Of a stretch of DNA of 64,000 nucleotides, positions 14,699 through 29,200 are shown piece after piece. Both the position numbers and the translations under genes were made by a program. Each line of letters begins with the position of its first letter. The stretch's first letter is position 1. The stretch lies in NCBI GenBank assembly GCA_040954595.2, contig CM082596.2, positions 1,579,854-1,643,853 on the forward strand. Reading direction: 5' to 3'. Source of the stretch: Balanoglossus misakiensis. Lineage: Eukaryota > Animalia > Hemichordata. Under the pieces are notes generated by a model. It was given only the letters and a program-made list of their open reading frames with translations. It searched no databases and was not told where the DNA came from.

Positions 14699-17600
14699 CT
14701 GTAAAAAAAAATACGTCAATTGGTATGTAGACAGCTGAAATCGTTCCAGGAAGATGTTTTGACCAGAACAAAAACTCGTGCTATGAAAGTAAGTATGACG
14801 GGGCACTGCCACCACCCGTTGCCAACTTGTCTCTCAGATACTCGCACGTTAGCATCAAAAATAAAACGCACACACACAAATTCTCCACTGGTAATTATGC
14901 ATGCTCTCGGGAAGTTAGTTTTGACTGTTCACCATGGCAACGAGGCGACGTCATTGCCCTTATTTTGCATTGGGGACACGTATGCATGATTGACGGGCGA
15001 GGACGGATGGATAACAAGACCACGTGGATGGTATTGTCTTTATCATGTGCAGCGAACGCGCAAATAGCCAACCCAGATATGTGAAAATCGAAACCAATTA
15101 AACAAGCTGGGAGGAGTATGTTTACACTTCTGTCACGTATTCGGTGGATGCTGAGACGAGGTGTTTGCTTTCTTCAAGAAGATTTTTTGAAAAATCCTGT
15201 GGCATAGACACCACGAAGTATGTCATTCATTTGTTTTCTATGCAAACACTCCCGTGGGTTCGTGGTAATACAGTCACGTGCCACCTATGAATATGCTCAT
15301 GTCCAGATGACGAGGGTATAGTGATTAGCAGCTGCATGCAAAGGCAGTCACTTCCTTTTGTGCCTTGATAACATCGTTTTAATTCAACGTTCGCTTGGTA
15401 ATGCCAAAATATGTCACATCCTCAACTTCAAAATTCAAATTTGAGACACACTAATAGGTAATGCCACATTGTGACGAGTCTTAAATTTTTTTTAAAGCAC
15501 AAAAAGTATCGCGTCAATAGATGTACCAGATCTTCAAAGAAGCCCCGCAATTACGACTATCGATAAAGTCACAGCGTTCATGGTGATGCTCAGCATTGCA
15601 GCTTATCTTTCTAAGTTGATAATCCGCAATACATGGTAGCTGTACACGTCTCTGTGTTTCTGGTTATTCTTTCAAAAGAATATTGCTACTCAGTATGGCA
15701 AACACTTCAATCTACTGTTATGCCGTGTTTCTATGACAAAGTCAAAGTTCCCCTGGATATGACTAGCACATACTGTATTTTGTGCTGTGCTAGACCATAA
15801 CTGATTGAACCGACGGGTTAAAAGTGCATGACTTCTGTTGGGCGTTGGTCAAACCTGATGGGCAAATAAAGCAGTGTGTCATCATATATCTGATCTGTTC
15901 AATACAGAAATAGAGGGACCCGCAGCTTTTCAATTCTGCGCGTTCTCATTGACTTCGCAATTTTGATTCTGTCGTGCGATACGGTGAGATTTACAAACAT
16001 CAAGAGATTGGGTCTACCCATCCAAGCGTGCCCCTTTCTGACGCCGTGCTTCCGAGATTCTTATCAAAATTCTAAATTGAAACTCTAAACTTTTCTGATT
16101 AACTTAATCCACAAAAGATAAATCGATGTTTCTCCTCTCTGTCATCAGTTCGAAAAAAAAAATAGCTGTTCTTACGCTTCAGTGAAAGCACATAATGCCG
16201 AAGCCACGCTCATGGCAACTTTAAAGGTGTACAGTCACCATTAGCCAATCATAAATTTTCAGTGGGTGGCCATGCAAAAACAGTGCGCCACCAGATGGTC
16301 ATTCGAAGACATTTATGATTGGTTGATGAATGTTACACATCCAAACAAATTGCAATAATTCATCTAACGTCAATACTTTAATGATGTGACAAAAGTGAGA
16401 AACCTCGTTTTTAAGTCTACGAGCAAAGACAGCTAACAAGTAGCGGAAATAGTAATTAAAAGTCACATGTCACTAATCGCCATTTCTTTCCACAGAGTAA
16501 TACCTTTTGCACGCTGTTAACATTAAATGACCCTCAATATGTAGAGTGAGAGAGAGAGGGGGAGGGGAAGGGAGGGAGAGTATAGTCACTACTTTGACTT
16601 TACTCATGCTCCACAAAGCTGTGCTTCGGTTAGACATGTAACAGCTGTCGTAGAGAGGTGCAGGGTTTATGATGACATTTCTGCTTTGAATATATATTCT
16701 GATTGGCTTTGGCTGAGACTGCACATCCCCTGAAGAAATGTATCAGGATGTGCAGTATGGAACGAGTATCTAGCCTGTGATTTATGCTCATGAAACTAAA
16801 TGTAATATACGGTTTTTGTTAAATAATAGCAAGGTTGTGACCTTTCTAGTGGGAAACTGGACTGTTAACTAATTGTAAGAGCCAATGTCACTTAGTGGAG
16901 TCATGACCCGTAGCAGAGTACGCTCTGCAATCAATATAGAGGGCTTTCTCGGATTCCAAGTAGTCCCTGCAGATTGGCACCAATCCCTTGGAAAGTGAAG
17001 GGAAAATTCCCCCTTGTCATTATCCAGGCGCTTGTTTCTCGCTCTCTTTTAGAGAAATACCACTTTCCAATAAATTGCTTGATGCTTGCACCAACTGAAT
17101 CACAAATCGTACCCCGTGGCTAGTCTGGCTTAAACAGTGGCCAGTGTTCTTAGCACAATTAAGTCAGTGTTTCAGCAAGATCCTCTCTGTTAAGTCCCAT
17201 CAAGGCGGGCATTGTGTGCAAAGCGAGAATTTTCTCTTTGAATCTAAATATAGAGAATCATTTTAATCACAAGACATTGACCACTTGCCATGTACATATC
17301 CCTCAATAGTTTAAAATCTCCACACACAATGAATATTCCGAATGACATGAACAGGTCATACAAGGCTAACGCGTTATTATCACGCCCATTTAAAACCCCA
17401 GCAGCACAGTACAACATTATCTCTCCAATTTACAAACTAATATTGCACACTCACGGCGTACTGTGTCCTTATTTCAGGGGTTGGTTTAATGAGCAAAAAG
17501 TCAATTATCAGATTAATGAAATTTCCTGGAAAGAAGTCATAACTGACATAAAATTAGTGAACTAATAACAGGCTGAATTAATGAAACGAAAAACGCAATT

Positions 17601-19088
17601 TCTTGGAACGACGTCCATTATGCATAAACACATTGCATCTTACATCAACAGTTTTCAGGGGACTGAACGAGGCACTCCAGTCTAAAGGCTTCATTTGCCT
17701 ATGGTCAAGCTTTGTTGCCATCACCTTTACTAAGGTGTTAGACTCTAAGCTAAACCATTGTCCCTCGATAAACGAGGGGTCGTGACTTAACAACGTAAGT
17801 TTGAACGCAAGGATATCATTGGCGCGAGGGGAATAAGTCAATAAGACAATGCCAAATAATGTCACTTGTTCTTTTCTCTTTGTGGCATAAGGATGCTCAA
17901 CAATCTAAACTATTGTTTCCAATACGCGAAATAATGCAAAACATAATGCATTCGCATCCAATGAAAATACTCCAAATATTTTCCTGATTCTACAAAACTG
18001 ATTGCAAGTCGGAAAATATGAATTAATCTTTGTGTGCGATACATTTGTATCTTAACAGTGACAGAATATCAACTTGCCTGACCCGCGCGAACTCTCTGTC
18101 AACACTCGATTTGACCCATGTTCCGGACTGATCAATTTCCAAATATCAATTTCATTTTCTTGTGGTAATGATATGTTAAAAACTAAAATGCGTGTCGGTT
18201 CTGTGATATCAGTGAACATTTTAATATGGTTTGTTTCATGACAAAGTGTCCAGAAATCAATATTTGTCTTCTTAGCGAAACATCTTTAATAAATTTACTT
18301 GACGGACGTCGCTCACTGTCTGTTCCGTCTCCGGCAATGCACAGATTTTACACTCATATGATTCTTGTTCGATGGCTTTAATTTTATATAACAAACTAAG
18401 GAAACTACTTGTATCTTCCCAACAGTTTTGATCCTATATGGCAATTAAATTCACTTATTTCATTTGAACATATAGTTTGGAAAATATGCGCGCTCCCAGA
18501 CAGTGTATATATCGGCCTTTGGTGCTCCCAGAATCGCGACCGGTCAATTCACCAACACAAAACCTCAAAGCGCAACCTGAGCCCCATACTTCAGAGAACC
18601 GCCCGTCCATTCATAGACTGATTTTATGAATGCTAGGATAACTGTAAGACCACTTACTTCGACATTATCCGTTTTAGCAACGGAAAGAATACAATAAAGC
18701 AATCAAACCCGCACAGACTTTAATGGTTACAATTGCATCTGCCATTGATGCTTTCAAGTAGGGGGCGGTATGCTTTTATCTTGAAGTAGGGCTGAAGATG
18801 AATGAACTCAGTTTTTATAGATTCTGAGGTTCTTTTGCTTTCTTTGGTCGACTGACTTCCTTTGTTGTTCCTCGGGTAGACAGATCGTGTTTGTCATTTT
18901 AAAGAGCAACTCATCTGGTGTAAAGCAACATAGACAATTTCACAGATGCCAACAATCGTTCCCTGAGATGTTTTTGGCACAGAAGCCTCCAATCAGTTTT
19001 GAGGACATTTGCTTCTTATTCCGAGGGTTTCAGAAACTATACTAGCTATGTTGTCAGCTCAAAAAATCAAAGGAAACAATGACTCGAC

Positions 19089-19255
19089 TAGACTCTCTCA
19101 CAGCCCACGATTCGCTACAAGGCTCTTCACTGACGCGCCCTCAACCGTTTAGCAAAGGAGACGCCCCATATGGTGTTGTGTAGCCTCTCGCCGGGCACAC
19201 ATGCAATCAGACCGTAAGCCTGCACGGTCGGCGAGAGGGGCTGTGAGAGAATCTA
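19089..19255. mobile_element. 167-bp non-autonomous DNA transposon (MITE) with 18-bp TIRs and a 9-bp target-site duplication
   Basis: TIRs TAGACTCTCTCACAGCCC (19089-19106) and GGGCTGTGAGAGAATCTA (19238-19255), 1 mismatch; perfect flanking direct repeat TGACTCGAC at 19080-19088 and 19256-19264. Confidence 0.8.
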
Positions 19256-20789
19256 TGACTCGACAAGCAAGAACCTGGCATCACTTTGTAGAATTCATGT
19301 CCTTCAAGGCAACCTTTGCAGTGGACGTGGGTCATATTACGTTCATAGGAATTTGGGCCTTCTGTTTTCAACTTTAAGTGTGTTCGCAAGCTGATTAGAA
19401 ACCTTGACTTTCACCTCCAAGATACCAAACTTTATAGCATTTCCACTGATGAAAATTGCCCTTCCAAGAGTACAAATCACACATACCAGTACACGCACAA
19501 CTCTATCAAGGGCTGTAAAGTGAAAAGTCTAGTACATTTACACTATTTGATTATGGTCAGTCTGCCGATGATTGCGCTCACTGCCTAAAATTATTTGGAT
19601 ACTTGTCTGTTGGGTGTCGAATTCATGTCAACCGAGCGGCATTGAAAGTATCTGAAAATCTGAGATGAACTGACGGAAATCCATTTCCTGTGTTGTAAAG
19701 TGGTTCTGAGAACGTAGAACACGTGACTCCCATTCTAATACAACTCTGAGTTGCAAATGTGTATGGCATATGTCCCAGTCACAAATAAATTCGCAGCCTG
19801 GGTAGACTAGGTGTATGTAACCCTGGGGAACGTTGTATTTCCGCTCTCTGACAAACGAAGAAACAAGATCATCAAACCATATACTGATACCCTACTCTCG
19901 GAAGTGTCTTTTATTTTTCTTGTGCAACGAGATGGACTAGTCTGATAAATCTGAAATATGAGGTTTTTTAACCCTCAGGGGAAGTTGAGTCATAACATTG
20001 GCAGTGTGCCATTCCACCAGTCACACCATCACTATATTGCCACTCAGCTCCACTAAACATGAGACACCATCATAGAACTGCGTCCATTACAAGAATACAA
20101 AATCTATACAGTTTGCTTTCATTTTGAAGAAAAAGAAGTGAAAAATTAAAACCTCTTACCGTTCAGCCTATTTCTCCGCAGTGGTCTCCAAATGACCGAA
20201 CCATTTCCCGTTCCTGAATTTATTTCTAATATAGAACAAATGATAACGATTCAATATTACAGGTATAAATCGATCTTTAATTTATTGTTCAAATCAGAAC
20301 TGGAATTTTACACGTGTGAAAGAAGAGAATCTTTGAACATGAGATCGTAAAACTCACTAGAGAAACTATTGAAACCGATCAAAAAACCAGGTAACAATAT
20401 AATATACAGGTCTGGACTTGGATATATATTTGTCATACGAGTATTCGTGGCCATGAGTAACACAGGTTTTTATACTAGCACACATTTTTTCTCAGTTTGA
20501 CAACAAAAGGCTTTTTTATGCATTGCTAAAAGTTCACTCTTTAACATAAGAAGTCAGCATTTGTCAGAAATTGGCGTACAGCAACTAGCCATGGTTTTGC
20601 TGAAAAAGTTTCAACTATAAAAATACAGATCTGTCACCTGGGGGCGCTCTTAGAGCATTGCACTCACCAATTTCGTAAAAGTCATTCATCTGCCACACCT
20701 GCACTTCCTAACAGCATACTCTATCTAAAATTCCTTCAAAGAGGAAAAATTACACGAATAAACGTGGTGATGCAATTCACATTGCAAAA

Positions 20790-21180
20790 ACTGAACTAAA
20801 AATAAAAAGACATAAAAAACTTAAAGAAATCCAAAGAAAAATAAACAGAATCATAAAACTATACAGATGTCATCGAAACTTTGGGATCTTTATAACATGT
20901 TTTATAACTCAAAACAGAAATCTAAAAAGACAAAAATAATAAATCTAGAAACAAATAAACAGACATGCAGAACTAAAAGAAATTTCCTAAAAATGAACAA
21001 ACTCATAAAAGTATATGTATATAGTATATAAACTTTGGAATCTTTATAACATGCGTTATAGCTCAAAACAGAAATCTAAAAAGACAAAACAAAAGATGTC
21101 TCCAGACAAATAAAACAGACATGCAAAAATAAAAGAAAACTACTAAAAAATAAAATCATAGAACTACACAGTTGTCATCT
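20790..21180. repeat. A-rich imperfect tandem duplication (period about 154 bp) downstream of the ALDH2 stop (probable 3' UTR)
   Basis: AACTTTGG(G/A)ATCTTTATAACATG...CTCAAAACAGAAATCTAAAAAGACAAAA occurs at about 20877 and 21031, each followed by AAACAGACATGCA. Confidence 0.7.
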
Positions 21181-21281
21181 ACTGTAAACTCACGTCAGAG
21201 AAGAGGCAAAAATTGCGGCATGATTTTTTTTTTCTGTCATTCATTCATTCGCTAAGGCACGTTACGGTGTCGAGTGGATCT

Positions 21282-24200
21282 TTATGAATTCTTCTGTGGA
21301 ATTTTCATGGTCACCTGCAGAGGAAGAAGACATTTCTGTGATTATCTCAAATGATGTCATAAGTCATCAAGGGCCAACAGACATCAGGTACAAGGGTTAC
21401 TTTTAATTTTGTGAAATCTTAGCATGTCTTAATAGCAATGTTTTGCATCAGTGTTTCAAAACTTACAGTTTTGACTTCAGTGTAAGCTTCCAGACCATAC
21501 TCTCCAAGTTCACGTCCACTGCCAGACATTTTGTAGCCACCAAATGGAGCCTGGGCACCAAACACGTCATAGCAATTCACCCTGCAAATTAAAACACCAC
21601 CAAATGTAAATGTCATCAGCAACTGAGATTGACAAATCATGGACAAAGATATCTTTCACTGAATGAAAATAAATCATTAAATGCCCACTGATTTCCTTAG
21701 TGATGTATGAATCTTACCAGACAGTACCAGCTCTGACACCATTTGCAATCATAATAGCTTTGTTGATATCTGTTGTGTGAACAGCTGCAGCCAGACCATA
21801 GGAAGTTTGATTGGCACGCTCAATCACTTCATTGATGTCTTTGAATTTCATCAGCTGCATGACTGGTCCAAAAATCTGTAGAATGGTTGAAAGAGAATCA
21901 CTTGATCTATTGTGCCAGTTAAAAGATGGAGTGACCCAAATGATCTTTTTTGTTTTCTTTATCATCAAAACAAAGACATGGAGATGACCGTCATCAGTGA
22001 TGGTCTATGGAACTAACTTACTCATGAGAGGGGAGAACGTAAAGTCTGCTCACTGACTAAAAAACTTTCAGAAAGCAAATCTGTATGACCTCTGACCTAC
22101 ACACCTCTTCCTTGGCGATTCTCATGTTGTCTTGTACATCAGCAAAGACCGTGGGCTCTACGAAATAGCCCTTGTCGCCATAGCGATTACCACCAACCAG
22201 CAACTTGGCCCCTTCCTTCTTGCCACTGTCAATCAAGTTTAGAATCTTGTTCATCTGTTCTTCATCCACCTGAAGCAAAAAAAAGCCAATCAATTATCAA
22301 TTTTACATCGCAAAGTAATTGACCCTCACCTTAATCACTCACACAAAGGCACTACAGTCCACAGGACTCCAGTAGAAAAGTTCACTGATGTCACAACTAT
22401 TCAGGAGTACTGTAACCCTGGCAACAGTTTGGATATGTTCTCTGCAGTATTCACATACCTGGGGTCCTTGTTCATTGCTTTCATCAAATGGATTTCCAAC
22501 AGTACGTGTCTTAGCTCTCTCCACACTTCTTTCCACAAACTCATCGTAGACTTTTTCGTGCACAAATGTACGCGATCCAGCACAACAACACTGGCCTTGG
22601 TTGAAGAAGAGAGCAAAGTGGCTCTCTTCGACAGCGTCACTCACTGTGTGTCAAACAAAAGAGAATTCAATAAATAACCAGTGGCTATATGCATTTCAGT
22701 TGAAGATGGCCTGTTTGTTATTTTTCTTTTTTCCAAAACTTCAAACAAATCTCACTTGACACAGCAAAGGCTGAGTGATCTGAGATGAGAAAGATCAATG
22801 ATTTTTTTGTCTCAAAACTTACTATCTGCATCCTCCAAAATGATGTTTGGACTTTTTCCTCCCAGTTCCAAAGTCACTTTCTTCAGGTTACTCTTGCCCG
22901 CAGCTTGTTGGATGAGGTGTCCAACCTGTTAGGTTATTGGAAATTTTACTTTAGTAATGTAGATTTTAATGTAAAATTGGCACACCCTGATTGGACTTTA
23001 TGATGGCCTCACAATTACAGATGTGTACCAACCTCTGTTGAACCAGTGAAAGCAACTTTATCAACATCCATGTGTTCAGCGATGGCTGCACCAGCTGTGG
23101 GACCATATCCTGGGATGATGTTGACAACACCAGCAGGAAAACCAGCCTGGAGGCATCAAAATGTAGTTACTATGTTAATAAACATGTAAACGATGCTTTT
23201 ATCATCTCATAACTCTAAAGTCCATTGACAACTGTACATTGATAGAAAACCACACAGCAAATTTTGAAAGAAATTTAGATTAAATAAGAATGCCGTACCT
23301 CTTTAATCAACTCTGCAACATAGAGGGCAGTGAGTGGAGTCTGCTCAGCTGGTTTCATGACAATGGTGTTGCCAGTAGAAAGAGCCGGTCCCAACTTCCA
23401 ACACTGCATCAGCAATGGGAAATTCCACTGTGAAAACACAAAATCAAGTCTATAAGTATAAAGTCCGTCCACTGCTGCATAGCTCACACATCAGATTCGA
23501 AGGTGCCATATTGAATTTCTTTCATAGGAAGTAAACATATAAAATCCACAGCTTACTGGAATGATCTGTCCACACACACCAACAGGTTCATGGCGAGTAT
23601 AGCAGAAATAATCACCATCTGAAAAAAAATTGAATAGTTTATTTAACATATGGTTGTATTTACACGACATATACAATTAAATTTGCTGTATACATGTAGT
23701 TCAAGGGATTTAGAATGTTTTCACAATAGTTTCACAATATTACTTAAGAGAGTCGATACTTCTTACCAATAGGAATGGTCTTTCCATGGATCTTATCAGC
23801 CCAGCCAGCGTAGTAACTGAAATAAAAACAAACATCAGACATGAACATACTAATACCCCTATAAAAATTGCATTCATCTACTGTATTAATCTACGACTCA
23901 TGATGGTAAATCATGGCAGAGGTTTGGTTAGCCATATGCAACATTGATGAACACTTGCAGTTTTCTTTCTTACCGTAAACATTTGATTGACAAGCCCAAA
24001 TCATCTTCATAGGCGACATGGAAAGGTTTACCATTGTCAAGTGTTTCCAAGCTCTGCAGGGAGTGAAAAAATAAATCTGTCAATACTATTCACACTGCCT
24101 GTTCCTGACTTTGCTGAAAAAAAGAGCTTAGCAAAAAACGCTGGTTATAAGCTTCACTTACAGCAATATATGCTCTGTCTCTTTCAATAAGATCAGCCAG

Positions 24201-25549
24201 TTTATTCAGCAGATTGCCACGCTCTGATGCATCCGTTGTTCTCCATGGTGACCCCAACTTGAAAGCTTCATTAGCAGCCACAACTGCCTTGTCCACGTCA
24301 GCCTGCCAAGAGATACCTTGTTTGTAAAATGTGCTATGCATGCAAATAAGGGTACGGACCTAGTGACAGTGTTCCTTTAAGGTGAACCCTCTGGACCTAG
24401 TGACAGTGTCCCTTTAAGGTGAATCCTCTGGACCTTGTGACAGTGTCCCTTTAAGTTCAACCTTCTGGACCTAACTCATACGACATTACAAATGAAAAGT
24501 TACCAGGAGTGAAAAAGTTTTAAATGTAGGGTATTTTCATTGGTTTTCAAAAGTATGCACTAGTCCTGTTTTTGTTTTTTGTTTTCACCCACCTTGTCTC
24601 CCTCAGCAACATCACATATCTTCTCTCCAGTAGTAGGGTTGATGGTTGGGAAAGTCTTCCCACTCACAGAGTTCTGCCACTCATTGTTGATGAAAATCTG
24701 CAATGCAAAAATTTACTTCCTGGTTTAATATTTGTACCTCGTCTATTCCCATCTCTAAAGGTCCAACTTTTATACCAAATATAAAACAATGGAACCATGG
24801 ATCTAACCATGCTGGTAAAAGGGTTAAGGCTCAGTCATCCAGCAAATCATTTCAAACACCACGTTCCATTATATTTTCATGTTTGCATACATATCGATGT
24901 CACTGACAGATTGAGAAGAGTCATTTTAGCCCACATTTCTGTCAGAAGATAGACATTTAGTGATTTACAGTGTGTCAATTTGCTCACTGTTACACTTTGC
25001 TAACATTTTCAAATACAGATATTTGGAAATGTACAATAGCATATGAATGCCATAAATATGTCTATTTCTTACGGAATTCTGTGCCAAAATTGACACCCTT
25101 ACCTAATGTTGCTCACTCAATACATTATACAAATGCGAAAATGAAGACAAATACAGTGCGAGACGATTCACAGAGCGGCCGACAAGATGTAGGAAGTTGA
25201 ATAAATTAATGATTAACACTTTCGTTTACAGCAGTTACAGATGGAGGCCACATGTTTCCGTGCATTTTTTGACCGAACTGACAAATTAGTTGACGACAAA
25301 GTGAACCACGCAATCTGTGGCTCGATATTTTAGATATTATTGGATATATATGGGGATATATATGGGGATTATTCGGTCAAAAAGCACGTGTTATTATTGA
25401 CACTTTCAACTACTGACCACGCCTACCTGGTTGTAGTGAATATCCGGGTTGAGATGTGGTTTCGGTTTTGCCACTGTAGCATAGCTGCAGCGGGATAAAA
25501 CGCCCCAATTTGGCTTCAGTGCCGCTCGCAAGATTCCCACAGAAAGCAT
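21282..25549 (-). CDS. ALDH2: Mitochondrial aldehyde dehydrogenase (ALDH2-type), about 14 coding exons
   Basis: Exon 1 (25549-25427) encodes an Arg/Lys-containing, acid-free presequence [23 protein letters not shown]. Motifs [24 protein letters not shown] (catalytic Glu), [12 protein letters not shown] (catalytic Cys), [16 protein letters not shown]; C-terminus [13 protein letters not shown] at 21284-21282. Confidence 0.93.
24356..24473. repeat. 37-bp minisatellite, about 3.2 copies, in an ALDH2 intron
   Basis: Unit GGACCTAGTGACAGTGT(T/C)CCTTTAAGGTGAACCCTCT repeated head-to-tail with no spacers. Confidence 0.85.
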
Positions 25550-26258
25550 GTTGCAAATTTCCAACTGACCCAAACAAATAAATACGGTGAACTTCTGCGG
25601 GAACAGGACTAGTCTACACTTCACAATTTGGCCTGCGTTGCAGATGGGAGCACAGAGGTCACGTGGGTCACGACCCGAGTGAGGTCATTACATAACGCCC
25701 TCTAGTGATGTACTCTGATCACGTATATGGTCGTGTGTGGATGCGTATATACTTTTCAGTCTGTTTTACTGTAGTACCAAAAGGTTTTCATGTTTGTGGG
25801 AGTCGATCGTCATCATTCCCATGTACAATATAAGCAGCAAATGTATCTGTCTCTTAGGTTTGCAATTTTATAAGCCAAAAATCTCCACTCAGAGAACATA
25901 CTCTCGTCTCTCTCACATCGCCCACGTACCACGATCTCTGCATGCCAAATAAAGTACATCGTTCTAAGAACTTTAGTATTTATGCAAAATTTCATGCTTT
26001 ATTATACCTATAACTCAAATAATTATGACTACATGTGATACATGATGAAACACACAATACAAACAAGGAGGAAATCCACCATGTGGCCTATCTAGCAATA
26101 TAATTTTTATGTATATATAATTATATATTTCTAAGTACAATAAAGAAGTGTATATATTCAATCAGCAATGTATGGCTTTGAGTACAATAAAGTATGATGT
26201 ATACGAATACATCGTCAACAGGTATCTACTAATACATAATTTCTTTTCTGACATAAAC

Positions 26259-29200
26259 CTAGAACCAAGTTGAAATGGCCAAAATGATACCCCATAACAT
26301 CGCTATTTTCTGACAATATAGGGTGCTGCAACCGGCCCTCACTACATCATCAGGGTCGCGTTCGACAGATTCTTCACACAAGCGATCTGGCACTGGTAAA
26401 CGTTCGAAAGTTGCTGGTGGAAAATATACGTGTCCAAAGAATTCCTCATCTTCCTCATCTTCTGTGTCCTATAAGAAATGAAAGAACTCAATATATTGAA
26501 TATGAACACATTAAAAACAAATAAAATCTTTTTTATTGCTCATTACAGAATGAATTTTATTTCAATAATAGTTTTTCTATGGCCAAAAATATTCCACGAT
26601 GCTTTGATTTAAGCTCAAAACTCAAGCACATTCTTGCGCTATTAAGAGCATGCACATATTCACAGCGACATATGATTCTCTTCAGATTGACCACTGGCCT
26701 ATTTCAAAATAAAAGCTACACTTTATAAGAAGACTTAATTTGCTCACATTCCCTCCTTGTTGGACCTCAAGTGGTGCATTACAGTATTCGAATGTAAGAC
26801 CTTGTTTGTATGCCATCTCCAGACCAGTGCGAGTGACTTCATTGGTCCAGTTCACATGTTCCAAGTATTCGAAGAATGATATATTTGCAAGGCTTTCAGG
26901 TCTCTTGATGACAAAGTCTTCAAAGCCATAAGGACTCCTAGTGTGATAAAAAAACACAGCCTTCCATCAATAAGTAACCCTTTCACCACCATGGTTCAGT
27001 CCAAATCCATTGTTATTTATGGTAAAGTTGGACCTCCATAGAGGGAAATAGGGCTGAAAGGGTTATTAAAATTCTTTAATATCAATAATGATCTGGCCAT
27101 GTGACTCACAGCATTGTCATTTTCAGGTGACAGGTAAACAACATGGTGGCATCCAGTAAAAGTTTGTCCGAGTATGTTTATAATTTTTTAGAGAAAAGAA
27201 GAACTTTTTCAAGGTTTGATATTTTACCTGTGCTCAATTTCCTCTACTCCAACACTAGGCGCGATGGACTGTGGCAGTAAAACAGTTTGACACGTCACAA
27301 GATTGGTGCGAGGATAGACATAGAGGAACGCCATACACATCTCTTCATTCGTACCAAACCCACCCTGTCGAAAGGCATAGAGCAAGTTTTCATTGTGACA
27401 GGCAATGGCACATATATCATATGTAAGACTGCGGTTGATATATTGCTGTCTATTTGTCTATAGAAACTATAACCTGTTTTGCTTGGTTAATGAGTATGAA
27501 CTCTAGGTATTATAATCATGCATAACAGAGCTGCATTTATTAAAATTAGGTACCGTAATGGATGCGAATTATAAGACTTACAAAAGTGATTGTTTCTCTG
27601 TCCATTGTTTCATAGTCACACTCCACCACAAAACTGTCCCCCTAGGCAAATTAAAAACAAACAAAAAACGGCTACTTTTTGTATAAATCAAATTAACAGA
27701 ATGCAATTAATCAAACAATGTAAAACTGAGAAAATTTTGCGACAGGAAATTTTCCCAATTTCAAAAGAAGATCTTAATTGCTGTCTTGATCTGTACTTTC
27801 TGTCATGAAACTCTCAGTCGATCAGTGTTGGCATTCAACTTCTCACATGATTCATACAGAATAGGATAAAGAGACATACTCACAGGACGTATAAGAACTT
27901 CTTCTTTCAAATGGCGGAACTCCTGGTAGTTAAAATCGTAGTGTTCGTCCTGAGAAAGCACCGGTAATTCCACTCCATTTCGGATATGATGCACACGGAT
28001 GGCTCGACCTGCCAGATGAGTGTGCAATAGACTACCAAAAACATGGACTTCTGCAGTGTTGCTTGCATTTGACATCTGGGAAATAGAAGTATGAACAGAA
28101 CCCTGAAGAATTCGTCCAAAGCAGCTCATGCTTTTAATTCTTAATATATATAGTATCCATTGACTATTGGCTTTGAAAAAGAAAGGACATGTTTATAAGA
28201 CTTATAGTTATAATGACCATCTAGAAATACACAATTGGCTGGGTCTCAACTTTCCATGTTAAATGTAGCTTAATTTACATGAATTTGCATCTTTCATTTA
28301 TCATTCTGTTGGTTTGTGTTTGTGTTGTTTTGTTGTTCAATAGACATGATGATCTTTCCATTTTTTCATGCAGCTACTTACCCGCTGTGAGCAATCTGAT
28401 GAGCAGTGTGAAGTTACCGTGAATTTCCTCGCTTTTGGGGGAACAATCATGGTTGGGCTCACAAGTGATCCCAAAGTTAGCATAGTTACATCATGCTGCC
28501 TCAATGTAGCCGTGTAGTGAATCCTCAAACCAGAACTGTCAACAAACGCTAAGCGAGAGAAAAAAATAATCAATATGGATGTACTTCCATGTACAAAATC
28601 TGATATTGATAATTCAGATGAAAAACAATGTATAGTGAGTGTCAGATCATCTAAGACTGCACCAAACAACCGATTTCTGCAATGGATATACTCACTGTCT
28701 AAGTACTCAGGATTGTCATAGTGAGTTTCCATCATCACAAATGTTAAATCGGAATCGCCTCCTATTGGCATACCGGCTTTTTCCGGAAAATACATCGGCT
28801 GGAATAGATTTAAACAATATTTCAATAGTTACTCATAGACAGATGCAGACAGTGCGTTGTGTTGCTTCTGATCGAACAATTCCTTAATGCATGCAAAGCA
28901 AGTACCATACACACCACACACACACACACACAAGAGAGAGTGACAGGAAGAGAGAGCGAGAGCCAGAGAAGATCGAGAGAGACAGAGACAAACAGAGCTA
29001 TTATAGTTAATTCTTAGACTTACCCCTCCTCCAACTGCCCAGCCCATGACCGTTGTTACACAACTATCAAGATCAGGAGGCATATTGGCATCAAAACACT
29101 CGAAGCTCTGGTGATGGTATAACGATTCGTTGAATGTACCGCTACATGCATACATGATGAAGTGGTGGACTAATGCCTCATTTCCGGGCTGAATGACTGG

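Noticed and set aside
481-19389. Dozens of 60-103 aa ORFs in the left 20 kb
   Set aside because: Many start at TTG/GTG, show no recognisable domain and no consistent splice-linked frame; expected by chance.
24356-24473. 37-bp repeats of CRISPR-like length
   Set aside because: Units are directly adjacent with no unique spacers, there are no cas genes, and the array lies in a eukaryotic intron; it is a minisatellite.
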